This document shows positions 55,189-64,000 of a stretch of DNA of 64,000 bases, piece after piece. Every line of letters starts with the position of its first letter. Position 1 is the stretch's first letter. The position numbers and the translations under genes are program-made. Below the pieces are notes generated by a model. That model made no database searches and was not told where the DNA came from. It saw nothing but the letters and a program-made list of their open reading frames with translations. Source of the stretch: Syntrophales bacterium (GTDB lineage Bacteria > Desulfobacterota > Syntrophia > Syntrophales > PHBD01); NCBI GenBank assembly GCA_963668175.1, contig OY764159.1, forward strand, positions 4,384,001-4,448,000, in the 5' to 3' direction.

Positions 55189-55461
55189 ATGGATACGATC
55201 ATGTCAACCGTCGTCGAAATTCCCATGAATCATATTGCCATGGTCCTGTCGATCAGTACCCTCGCTCTGATTTTCGGGCATATCAGACTGGCGGTTCTGA
55301 TCAATTATTGTTTCATCATTTACAGCGGTCGCCTATGGGATATGAATATTTTCGGCGACCCGGCCGCATCCAGCCTTAATGCTCCTGCCATTGCCTTCAC
55401 CGGAATCTGGATCGTCATCATTCTTCTGGCGGCAGTCAGTCTGGCGTTCCACCGAAATTGA
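55189..55461 (+). CDS. Small hypothetical membrane protein (90 aa)
   Basis: Strong AAAGGAGG RBS; about 3 hydrophobic segments. Confidence 0.75.
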   Translation: MDTIMSTVVEIPMNHIAMVLSISTLALIFGHIRLAVLINYCFIIYSGRLWDMNIFGDPAASSLNAPAIAFTGIWIVIILLAAVSLAFHRN

Positions 55462-55530
55462 AAGATTCCGATGAGTACGCCGCGGGAGGGCAGGCATGAT
55501 TCGTTACAAGAAAGGCGGCGGGAGGTCGCC

Positions 55531-55755
55531 ATGGAGTATCAAGAGATTTCAATCATAGAGGCCATAGCCTTAATTGTCGATCACAGGGCGGACAAAGCCA
55601 TTGACAGCGACGGGGCGATCCTGAAACTGTTCAAGGAAGGATTCGTTTTGCTGGACAGCGGCGCCAAGATCTTTACGGAAGTGGGATTCAATGCGAGATC
55701 ACGAGGCCGTATCGACATCTATGACAAATACGTCCGCAAGTACGTCATTCACTGA
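55531..55755 (+). CDS. Small hypothetical protein (74 aa)
   Basis: GGAGG RBS; MEYQEISIIEAIALIVDH...YVRKYVIH. Confidence 0.65.
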   Translation: MEYQEISIIEAIALIVDHRADKAIDSDGAILKLFKEGFVLLDSGAKIFTEVGFNARSRGRIDIYDKYVRKYVIH

Positions 55756-55793
55756 ATATGGAATATCTGAAGGGCGGGGGTCCTCTTTCTCCT

Positions 55794-56753
55794 TCATCCG
55801 GAAGCCCGGCCGCCGAAGAATATGGACCATCCTGCCAGGAGAGAAGCCGGCACTAAGGAAACCGCCCCCGAGGCCTCGGAAACCGGCGTGAAACCGCAGT
55901 GCGTACAGTCGATATGCCCCCGCCGCCTGGCATAACATCCTACCGAGATTTGCCCGTCGGGATCGACATTGATCAATACGTCGTCGTGACATATCCAATC
56001 GTTCCGGATCATGGCCCGGAGGCTTCGTTCCGAATTCAGGATCGGAAACCCCTTTTTTTTAAGCTGCACGGCCGATTCTATGGCGTTTTCGCGCTCCGGC
56101 GGCAACAACGCCAGATGCTCCTCGCCACGGCCGTAAGGGTAAAAAAGCTGGATTGTCACGCCTCTTACCGACGCTATCTGCCGAATCTCTCGCAGCATCA
56201 TTTCCATATCCCGCCAATTCTCCCGGTTCAAAGTAAAATGAACGAGGATGTTGGCATGGGAGGCATGCTGCAGATGATGCCAGACTTGAGCGTAGGAACC
56301 GCTGCGCAGCCGGTCATGCGTCTCTGCCGTACCGTCCACGCTCACCCAGAGGATATCGGCGGGAACGGACAGGGGAAATGTGCCGTTGGTCGTTACGGCC
56401 ACGCGGGGAAACAGCCCCTTGGTATACAGCACGAGATCGGACAGGTTTCGGCCGCCGTCCCGCCATAGGAACGGCTCCCCCCCTTCAAAAACAACGATCT
56501 GCGTTCCCTTTCTTCTTAGCTTCTCCAGGGAAAGAACGGCCGTATCCCAATCCATGTGGGCCCGTTCTTCATCCGCCCTCATGTGGAAAGGACACGCTCG
56601 GCAGGCGAGGTTGCACCGGTATGTCAATTTGAAGCTTGCCAAAAGAGGAATATTTTGTCCGAGCAGCTTGCGGCGGATAAAATATTTCAAGAGGCTGGCG
56701 GCAAAAAGCATTTGATTACATGTACGTTGCAAAAACCATCCGGTTTTTGTCAT
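55794..56753 (-). CDS. Radical SAM protein with C-terminal Cys cluster (HpnH-like N-terminus)
   Basis: CNLACRAC, GGEP, TTNG, SVDG; C-terminal C..GCY..CTHCG. Confidence 0.88.
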   Translation of the reverse strand: MTKTGWFLQRTCNQMLFAASLLKYFIRRKLLGQNIPLLASFKLTYRCNLACRACPFHMRADEERAHMDWDTAVLSLEKLRRKGTQIVVFEGGEPFLWRDGGRNLSDLVLYTKGLFPRVAVTTNGTFPLSVPADILWVSVDGTAETHDRLRSGSYAQVWHHLQHASHANILVHFTLNRENWRDMEMMLREIRQIASVRGVTIQLFYPYGRGEEHLALLPPERENAIESAVQLKKKGFPILNSERSLRAMIRNDWICHDDVLINVDPDGQISVGCYARRRGHIDCTHCGFTPVSEASGAVSLVPASLLAGWSIFFGGRASG

Positions 56754-56825
56754 TTATTCCGGAACCGGACGTAAGGTGAATCATTCAAGGCCGCAACGAC
56801 CCATTCACCTTCGGCGACCGGGGAA

Positions 56826-57140
56826 TCAGCAGCAACTGCATCCCCCTCCGCACGCCGCCCCGGCGGGCAGATTGGAAGTCAATTTAAAGCCGGATCCCTG
56901 CTCCGTTTCGATGAAGTCGATATGAATCGGCTTTGCATCTTCGAACAGTTCCTTCTCAATCAGAAAAGCGATGCCCTTTTCCGTAAATTGAAGGTCGCTG
57001 TCCTGCAGGTCGTCAAGCGCCATCCCCAGAGCAGGGCCGCCGCAACCGGCATGAACATGAATTCTTATGGTATGGGGTTCCTCCTGGGTCTTGAGGAATT
57101 CTTTGATCATCTCGCTCGCCTTGTCACTTACCTCTAACAT
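56826..57140 (-). CDS. IscA/HesB family protein (Cys form)
   Basis: LEVSDKA, GCGGPALGMALD, IDF, C-terminal CGGGCSCC. Confidence 0.88.
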   Translation of the reverse strand: MLEVSDKASEMIKEFLKTQEEPHTIRIHVHAGCGGPALGMALDDLQDSDLQFTEKGIAFLIEKELFEDAKPIHIDFIETEQGSGFKLTSNLPAGAACGGGCSCC

Positions 57141-57521
57141 ACTGCCTCCAATCATGGCAAAAGTGTCATTGTACTGCCGTTTTATCATCAAAAGACGAAG
57201 AACGATCGGGACATACAAGCCCTATCGTCCTTTCGCCGCAGGAGTAATATAGTCACCCTTGCCCAGGATGGCAAATAAAGCAAGCAGATTTTTTTCGTCC
57301 GGCAGCCGGAACCGGCGCAGCGAAGGGAAAGCCGCGATGCTTCAAGATGTCTCTTTTCATCTCGTTGTGATATATTCGTCGTTACGAGGAAGGACTGTCC
57401 GGACGTGCAGTCGAATCCCCATACGAGGAAAGCCCGATGTTCCCCGTGCAGCCCCGGGAAACGGCAGCAGAAGGCCGCGCAGTCCATGGTCTGATTCTGA
57501 TATTCATTAAAGGGATGGAGA

Positions 57522-58325
57522 ATGCCGAAAATCAGGATACGGGACATCGATATCCATTACGAATCGGCCGGCGAAGGTCCGTCCCTCGTCTTTATCCACG
57601 GCCTCGGTTCGAGCACGAGGGACTGGGAAAAGCAGGTCGCCTTCTTTTCTTCCCGATACCGTGTTGTCACCTTTGATTGCCGCGGCCACGGCCAATCGGA
57701 CAAGCCCCGGGGGCCGTACAGCGTCCCGATGTTTGCCGAAGACGCCGCAGGGTTGATAAAATCCCTGGGCATCGCCCCCGCTCACATCGTGGGGCTCTCC
57801 ATGGGGGGTATGATCGCCTTTCAGCTGGCCGTCTCGGAGCCCGATCTCGTCAAGACCATGGTGATTGTCAACAGCGGTCCGGCAATGGTTCTTCGATCAT
57901 ATAAAGAAAAATGGATGTTCTTCAAAAGGAGACTCATCGCGCGTTTCCTTGGAATGCGCATGATGGGGAAGTTTTTGGCACAGATTCTCCTTCCCGAGCC
58001 TGAACAGGAACCGCTAAGGAAGATTCTTGTCTCGCGATGGTCCGAAAACGACCGTCGGGCCTATTTAGATTCGATGAAGGCCCTTTTCGGATGGAGCGTC
58101 ATGGATAAAGTGAAGGCGATCCGTTGCCCCGCCCTGATCGTTGCGGCCGATCAGGACTATACGCCGGTTGCCGCCAAGGAGGCCTACGCGGCCCTGATGC
58201 CTCACGCGGAAGTCGTTGTCATCCATAAGTCCCGTCATTTAACGCCTATCGACCAACCCATACCGTTCAATGAGGCCGTTATGGCTTTCCTCCTTCGTTA
58301 CAGCAATTCGGGAACAGAGGCATGA
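57522..58325 (+). CDS. Alpha/beta hydrolase (PcaD-like fold)
   Basis: HGLG, DCRGHG, GLSMGG nucleophile elbow, C-terminal His. Confidence 0.9.
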   Translation: MPKIRIRDIDIHYESAGEGPSLVFIHGLGSSTRDWEKQVAFFSSRYRVVTFDCRGHGQSDKPRGPYSVPMFAEDAAGLIKSLGIAPAHIVGLSMGGMIAFQLAVSEPDLVKTMVIVNSGPAMVLRSYKEKWMFFKRRLIARFLGMRMMGKFLAQILLPEPEQEPLRKILVSRWSENDRRAYLDSMKALFGWSVMDKVKAIRCPALIVAADQDYTPVAAKEAYAALMPHAEVVVIHKSRHLTPIDQPIPFNEAVMAFLLRYSNSGTEA

Positions 58326-58957
58326 CCGCACTTGTAACCATCTTCTTCTCTTCTTTCGTCATTGCCCTGTCCGGCGCCTTGATGCCGGGACCTCTCCTGA
58401 CCGCCACGATCAGCGAAAGCTCCCGACGGGGCGTCACCGCCGGTCCCCTATTGATCCTGGGACACGGCATTCTCGAACTGGCTCTGGTCGTCGCCATCAT
58501 GACGGGATTGGCACCTTTTTTTCAGAGCCGCGGGCTTTTTACGGCCATCGCCTTTGTCGGCAGCGTTATCCTCTTGTGGATGGCGGTAGGCATGTTTCGT
58601 TCCCTCCCGGACCTGTCGCTCGCCACAAGCGGCGACGGCCAGGCCGAAAACCGCCTCGTGGTGGACGGCATCTTGCTCAGTGTATCCAACCCGTACTGGA
58701 CATTATGGTGGGCAACCATCGGTCTGGGGTACATCGTCCAGTCGCAACGTTACGGCCTTTGGGGCGTCGCGGCCTTCTTTTCCGGTCATATTCTGGCAGA
58801 CCTGGCCTGGTATACGGCCGTATCGGCGGGAATTGGAAAGGGACGGCACTTCCTCAACGACCGCGTGTATCGCGGGATCATAGGGACATGCGCAGCCTTG
58901 CTGATCGCCTTTGCCGGCTACTTTCTCTACACGGGAATCGTGAACATGATGGCCTGA
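58322..58957 (+). CDS. LysE family translocator
   Basis: SGALMPGPL, GHGILE, NPYWTLWW. Confidence 0.88.
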   Translation: MTALVTIFFSSFVIALSGALMPGPLLTATISESSRRGVTAGPLLILGHGILELALVVAIMTGLAPFFQSRGLFTAIAFVGSVILLWMAVGMFRSLPDLSLATSGDGQAENRLVVDGILLSVSNPYWTLWWATIGLGYIVQSQRYGLWGVAAFFSGHILADLAWYTAVSAGIGKGRHFLNDRVYRGIIGTCAALLIAFAGYFLYTGIVNMMA

Positions 58958-59089
58958 CCGGTAAGTTCACCCGGACGAGATCACAGCGGAACACTTTGGA
59001 CAGGAGAAGACCGTTTTTCGTCAGTAATGATTCTCCAAGGGCGGCTTTCGATTCCTGAAAACCCGCTTGCATGATCGTCCGGCCTCCAT

Positions 59090-60358
59090 TCAGCGGGTAT
59101 CAAAGAGACAATATTGGTTGCGACCCGATGCCTTGGCCTTGTTCATGGCCATGTCGCTGTTCCTGATCAGTGATTCCGCATCCCTGCCGTGATTGGGAAA
59201 GATGGACACCCCAACGCTCATGTGAATGAATATTTGCTGCCCCTGGACGATGAAGGGAAGCTGAAAGGCGTCCATCACTCTCCTGGCGACCCGGAAAATG
59301 TGATTGACCTGATCGAGCCTGGGGATCAGCGCGATAAATTCGTCGCCACCGAGACGGGCAAGGGTATCCTCCTTCCGTAAGAGAACCTCCAAGCGGCGCG
59401 CAACGGCGTTCAGCAGTTCATCCCCCGCCTGGACCCCCAGGGCGTCGTTGAGATTCTTGAACCTGTCGAGATTCATCATCATGACGGCCAGTTTATGCTG
59501 ATACCTCCCGGCAAAGGAAATGGCCGCCTGCAGCCGGTCACCAAACAGGTGCTTGCCCGGCAGGCCGGTCAGGCTGTCATAATAACCGGTTTTTACCGTT
59601 TTCTCTGCTTTCTCCCTTTGTCCTTCGTCCGTTTCTGAAATATTACCCAGAACAGCCCGTTTCCCCCAATATGAAATGGAAACGACCGTTTCAGTAAACC
59701 AGCGGACATGGCCCTGTTTATCGACAATCCGGTATGCATAGGGGTCCGACCTCTGGCCGGAAAGCATCTTTATTGCGGCCTCTCTGACCGCCGTTTTGTC
59801 TTCGGCATGGATATAATCCGTACTCGCCGATCCGATCAATTCTTCGGCAGTATAGCCCGTATACTCGGTCACGTGCCGGTTGACCATTTTAATGACACGA
59901 TCCTGGAGTATATAGATGCCGGTTTGAAGGACACGACCGATATTACCGTAAAATTCATCGTTCTCTCCCGATCGGGCGGCATCGGTCATGAAGAAGACTG
60001 CAACCGGTTCATCGCGATACGTGATCAGGCTGCCCGTCAGAAGCACGGCGACGCGACTCTTTGACGCTGTTTTCAGAATGACTTGGAAATCAGCAACCCG
60101 TTTCTTTTCCTGCAACAACCCCATCAGGCCATCATAATCTTCGGGATCGCAGAAGAAGCTCAAGGCCGGGCGTCCCGTCATCGCCTGTTGTTCCGTCTCA
60201 AAAAAAGCCGAAGCTTTATCATTGACAAAGATGAGGAGGCCATCGGTCAATCGGCTGACAAGGACAGGATGGGGGGCATGATTGAGCAGGTCGAAGCAGA
60301 TGCCTTCGGGCACAGGCGAGGCCTTGCCTGTGGAGTTCATCGCTACATCGGATTTCAT
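59090..60358 (-). CDS. PAS-PAS-GGDEF domain protein
   Basis: Two PAS-like domains; DSLTGL, RKED I-site, RLGGDEF. Confidence 0.9.
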   Translation of the reverse strand: MKSDVAMNSTGKASPVPEGICFDLLNHAPHPVLVSRLTDGLLIFVNDKASAFFETEQQAMTGRPALSFFCDPEDYDGLMGLLQEKKRVADFQVILKTASKSRVAVLLTGSLITYRDEPVAVFFMTDAARSGENDEFYGNIGRVLQTGIYILQDRVIKMVNRHVTEYTGYTAEELIGSASTDYIHAEDKTAVREAAIKMLSGQRSDPYAYRIVDKQGHVRWFTETVVSISYWGKRAVLGNISETDEGQREKAEKTVKTGYYDSLTGLPGKHLFGDRLQAAISFAGRYQHKLAVMMMNLDRFKNLNDALGVQAGDELLNAVARRLEVLLRKEDTLARLGGDEFIALIPRLDQVNHIFRVARRVMDAFQLPFIVQGQQIFIHMSVGVSIFPNHGRDAESLIRNSDMAMNKAKASGRNQYCLFDTR

Positions 60359-60564
60359 GAAGATCGTCCCTCCGTATGATATAGCTTGTCCTGCGGCGGA
60401 TACGACGACCACGCCGCATGTAACTCCCCTTCCGGCCCCTCACCCGTAACCGTTGAATTTGTCATATAATTGAATGGATAGGAAGTCAAGTTCTGAGATG
60501 GATGTCACGCGGGGAGGCGATGAAAATGACGCGGAAAATCGCGAGCGTCGCAAGGATGCCTATT

Positions 60565-61398
60565 TCAGCGTTTTAGCCGCGGATCAAGGGCGTCCCGGAT
60601 GCCTTCCCCCAGGAGGTTGTAACCGAGGACCGTAACGAGAATGGCCAGTCCCGGGTAGAGCGAAAGCCACCAGGCGATATCGATATTGTCCTTGCCGGCC
60701 GTCAGGATATTCCCCCAACTCGGCGTCGGCGGCTGAACTCCGATTCCCAGAAAACTGAGGGCCGATTCCGTCAGAATCGCGCCGGCGATGCCCAAGGTGG
60801 CAGCCACAAGAACCGAAGCCATGGCATTGGGAAGCATGTGGATAAAAATGATCCTGGCATCCCCCGCCCCGATGGCGCGGGCGGCCTTGACGAAATCCCG
60901 TTCCCGCAGGGAAATGAAATCGGCGCGGACCAAGCGCGTGATTCCCATCCAGCCGGTCAGTCCGATGATGATCATGATATTCCAGATGGAGGGTTCCAGG
61001 AGGGCAATAACGGCTAGGATAAGAAAAAAGGTCGGAAAACAGAGCATGATATCGACGAAACGCATGATGACGCTGTCAACCCACCGGCCATAGTAACCGG
61101 CAACGGACCCCAGAACCGTGCCGATGAGGATGGCAATGCCCGTCGCCACAAATCCGACCTTGAGTGAAATCCCCGCTCCCCAGACCATGCGAGAAAGGAC
61201 ATCCCTCCCCAACTGATCCGTACCGAACCAGTGTTTGGCCGAAGGGGGGTCCAGGATATTCTTCAGGTCGATGGCATTCGGATGATATGGGGCGAGCCAC
61301 GGCGCCGTGAGAGAGACGACGAACATCGCCAAGACGATGACGAATCCCGCCACGGCCATCTTGTTCTTCAGAAATTGTTCCCAGAAATTTTTCGTCAT
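60565..61398 (-). CDS. Peptide/nickel ABC transporter permease (DppC/OppC-like)
   Basis: HWFGTDQLGRD, ESALSFLG, DPR C-terminus. Confidence 0.93.
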   Translation of the reverse strand: MTKNFWEQFLKNKMAVAGFVIVLAMFVVSLTAPWLAPYHPNAIDLKNILDPPSAKHWFGTDQLGRDVLSRMVWGAGISLKVGFVATGIAILIGTVLGSVAGYYGRWVDSVIMRFVDIMLCFPTFFLILAVIALLEPSIWNIMIIIGLTGWMGITRLVRADFISLRERDFVKAARAIGAGDARIIFIHMLPNAMASVLVAATLGIAGAILTESALSFLGIGVQPPTPSWGNILTAGKDNIDIAWWLSLYPGLAILVTVLGYNLLGEGIRDALDPRLKR

Positions 61399-61408
61399 GG
61401 TCGGCAAC

Positions 61409-62383
61409 TCACGAAACGCGGATTCGGGGATCGGCCAGGGCGTAGCACACGTCGGCAATCAGATTGCCGGCCAGGGTGAGGATCGCCCCGATCAGCAGAA
61501 TGCCCATGACGACGGGGTAGTCCCGGGCCATGACGGATATATAGAACAACTGGCCCATACCGGGAATGGCGAAAACAGTCTCGAAGATGACGCTCCCCCC
61601 GATCAATCCCGGGATGGAAAGGCCCAAAATCGTGATTACGGGCAGCAGGGCGTTGCGCAAGGCATGCTTGTAGATGACGGCCCGCTCGCTCAATCCCTTG
61701 GCCCGGGCGGTCATGATATAGTCCTGGCGGATCACTTCCAGCATATTGGAACGCATGTACCTGGACATTCCGGCCAGGCCGCCGAAAGCCGAAAGAGCAA
61801 CGGGCAGGACAAGGTGCTTCAGGAGGTCGGCCCAGCGATCCCAGGTCGTCATATACTCGTAATTCAGGGAACGGATTCCCGATATGGGAAACCAGCCCAG
61901 ATCGACACCGAAGAGAATCATCAGCAGGAGGGCCAGCCAGAACGTGGGAACGGCAAAGCCGACGAAGACCAGAACACTGGCAGCCCGGTCGAAGGTCGAA
62001 TTCTGATGGACCGCCGCGTAGACGCCGAGCGGTATCGCCACCATCAAAATCAAAACAAGCGACAGAATATTGAGGAAAACTGTAATGGGTAATCTTTCCA
62101 GTATCTTGTCGGCAACCGGTCTATGGTCCGGGGAGAAGGATTTGCCGAGATCGAGATGCAGCACTTTCTTTATCCATATGGCATACTGCTGGTACAGCGG
62201 TTTGTCGAGATCGTACATGGCCATGAGGCGTGCCTTGGCCTCGGCCGACGCCCTGGGATTCATCTGAGTTTCCATATCGGTCGGAGAACCCGGGGCGAGA
62301 TGCATAACGGAAAAACAGATGATGCTGATCCCCACGAGAAGGGGAATCATGAGGAAAAGTCGTTTCAGGATATATCCGCCCAT
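61409..62383 (-). CDS. Peptide/nickel ABC transporter permease (DppB/OppB-like)
   Basis: [30 protein letters not shown]. Confidence 0.93.
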   Translation of the reverse strand: MGGYILKRLFLMIPLLVGISIICFSVMHLAPGSPTDMETQMNPRASAEAKARLMAMYDLDKPLYQQYAIWIKKVLHLDLGKSFSPDHRPVADKILERLPITVFLNILSLVLILMVAIPLGVYAAVHQNSTFDRAASVLVFVGFAVPTFWLALLLMILFGVDLGWFPISGIRSLNYEYMTTWDRWADLLKHLVLPVALSAFGGLAGMSRYMRSNMLEVIRQDYIMTARAKGLSERAVIYKHALRNALLPVITILGLSIPGLIGGSVIFETVFAIPGMGQLFYISVMARDYPVVMGILLIGAILTLAGNLIADVCYALADPRIRVS

Positions 62384-62513
62384 ACAAGTCCTTCGACAAA
62401 CGGTTGCCTTCGTAGTTGAAAATGGAATCCGCACTATAACCTTGACAGGCCGTTGTCATATCATATAGCTTTGGCGACATTAACAGAAAACGGCAGCAAC
62501 GCCAAGACCGCTT

Positions 62514-63080
62514 ATGGGAAAATCCTTCAAAAAAGCCAGATTTGCCATCCGCATGATGTTTTATCCGCTGCGCCGGCTCCTGAGAAAAGTCGGCGTCGGA
62601 TATGACGTGGTGACGCTGATCAACGACTATTACCGCGAAGATTTCGACCGGGTTCCAACCAGGGACATGGCCGTGTTGCTTCCCCACTGTCTGATCGACG
62701 AAAAATGTCCCGGCAAATTTTCCAAAGACGACGGCATCATTTGCAGCAAATGCATGAAGTGCAACTGCGGAGACATCAAGAAAATGTGTGAAGAGCGCGG
62801 CATTCAGTTCTATATTTCGCCCAGTTCCGGTTTTTCCCAGCGCCTCGCTCAAAGGAAGAATCTGAAAGCGGCGGTCGGCGCCATCTGCCTGTATGAAGTG
62901 GAGAAGAGTCTGCGGAACATCCGACTTACGGGCCACGGCGTCAGACTGAAATCACGGAAGGTGATACCCCAGATCGTTTTGGCGGCGGAATACGACTGCC
63001 TTAACAACGGCATGGACTGGGACGGCTTAAAAAGAATCATCGATCGTATGTTTTCAAATTCCGCGTCCCCGGTGAAATAA
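62514..63080 (+). CDS. DUF116 family Cys-rich protein
   Basis: LLPHCL...C...CSKCMKCNC...AIC motif. Confidence 0.8.
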   Translation: MGKSFKKARFAIRMMFYPLRRLLRKVGVGYDVVTLINDYYREDFDRVPTRDMAVLLPHCLIDEKCPGKFSKDDGIICSKCMKCNCGDIKKMCEERGIQFYISPSSGFSQRLAQRKNLKAAVGAICLYEVEKSLRNIRLTGHGVRLKSRKVIPQIVLAAEYDCLNNGMDWDGLKRIIDRMFSNSASPVK

Positions 63081-63346
63081 AAAATATGAACCGCGCCATA
63101 GCGCTGGCCCCTTCCCTGCCTGGATACATTACTTTTCGATATTATTACTGAATAATCCGCTTTTACGCCGAATTGTTTTTGGTAGAAGTTGCCAAAAAAA
63201 TGTGATACCTAGGCCTGTAAATCAGCAGATGGATTCGTTTTGTAAAGACATCCATGGCCCCGCCCATCCGCTCTCCGAAAAGAAAAGCACAGGGGGAGGG
63301 AGTCGATTCATCGGTCCGATCGCCGTCAACGAAGGAATGGTGTATC

Positions 63347-64000
63347 TTGTTTAAGAAAATCTATTGGTCGGTAAAGAAATGGTGGACCGATGTTCTGGGA
63401 ACCCGTCAGTATTTCCGCTACCTGGAGAAGGAAGACCGCAGGAGGCGCCTGGCCGGCCAATTCCTGACATTCATCAGTATCACGCTGGGCGTTATTTACC
63501 TTGTCTGGCATTGGCAGCATATCAACTGGGATGTCTGGTATTATTCATTTGCATTCTTCATTGCTGAGCTTAACGGCTTAATCCTCTTTTCCTTCTTTTC
63601 CTTCAACGCCTGGTTTCTGAGATATCACGAACCGGCCGGCCTTGCCGAAGAGAGATCCTATTCCGTCGACGTATTCATTCCCGTCGCCGGAGAACCCATC
63701 CAACTCGTCAGAAAGACGGTCGAAGCCGCCCTGAATATCGATTTTCCCAACAAAAAGATTTACATCCTGGACGATAAAGAGAGCGAAGCCTACCGGCAGC
63801 TTGCCGAAGAGACCGGATGCGGCTATTTTGCCCGAAAGGAACACAGCAATGCCAAGGCAGGCAATCTGAACTATGCGTTCAAACGAACCGACGGCGACCT
63901 GATCCTGGCCCTCGACGCCGACCAGGTCCCGTATCCTGATATTGTGAACAAGCTTGTCGGATACTTCAAGATTCCGAAAATCGCTTTTGTCCAGACCAAA
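63347..64000 (+). CDS. Partial GT2 glycosyltransferase, cellulose synthase (BcsA/CelA)-like
   Basis: Not in the ORF track. Manual translation gives 2 TMs, then SVDVFIPVAGEP, YILDD, AKAGNLN, LDADQVP, FVQT. Open to the window end. TTG start at 63347; in-frame ATG alternative at 63254. Confidence 0.88.
   Translation, partial: MFKKIYWSVKKWWTDVLGTRQYFRYLEKEDRRRRLAGQFLTFISITLGVIYLVWHWQHINWDVWYYSFAFFIAELNGLILFSFFSFNAWFLRYHEPAGLAEERSYSVDVFIPVAGEPIQLVRKTVEAALNIDFPNKKIYILDDKESEAYRQLAEETGCGYFARKEHSNAKAGNLNYAFKRTDGDLILALDADQVPYPDIVNKLVGYFKIPKIAFVQTK

Noticed and set aside
60494..60509. CRP-like site TGAGA-N6-TCACG upstream of the GGDEF gene
   Set aside because: Two mismatches and non-canonical spacing to the nearby TTGACT; could be chance.

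Overview
Core chromosomal segment, most likely from an anaerobic deltaproteobacterium (Desulfobacterota/Syntrophales-like). This taxonomy is inferred from gene order and protein style, not from a search. Housekeeping content includes a sigma54-type amtB-glnK-glnD operon, rpoH, rpsF-rpsR-DUF2232-rplI-dnaB, greA, the split ATP synthase operon (b'-b-delta-alpha-gamma-beta-epsilon), mreBCD-pbp2-rodA plus a bactofilin, a TPP-riboswitch thiN-thiD-thiC operon, tatD, rnhA, a MacAB-like ABC exporter, cydAB, a TRAP transporter and a DUF3141 protein. I saw no rRNA, tRNA, CRISPR array or mobile element. The standout is a BirA-operator-preceded biotin operon (45875-52975). Between bioA and bioF/bioD it carries what looks like a dedicated miniature type II fatty-acid-synthase module: an extended ACP, a FabF-like ketosynthase, a FabG-like SDR, two complementary hot-dog half-dehydratases and a nitroreductase-fold flavoprotein. 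It has no bioC/bioH/bioW/bioI/bioZ, so it is a candidate uncharacterised route to pimeloyl-ACP. Other points of interest: a probable bacterial cereblon-like gene behind glnD, a Crp protein with a perfect CRP box upstream of two unknown small genes, an HpnH-like radical SAM enzyme paired with a Cys-type HesB protein, and a partly degenerate GGDEF protein near a BcsA-like synthase. Start codons were adjusted by eye using RBS position and family N-termini.
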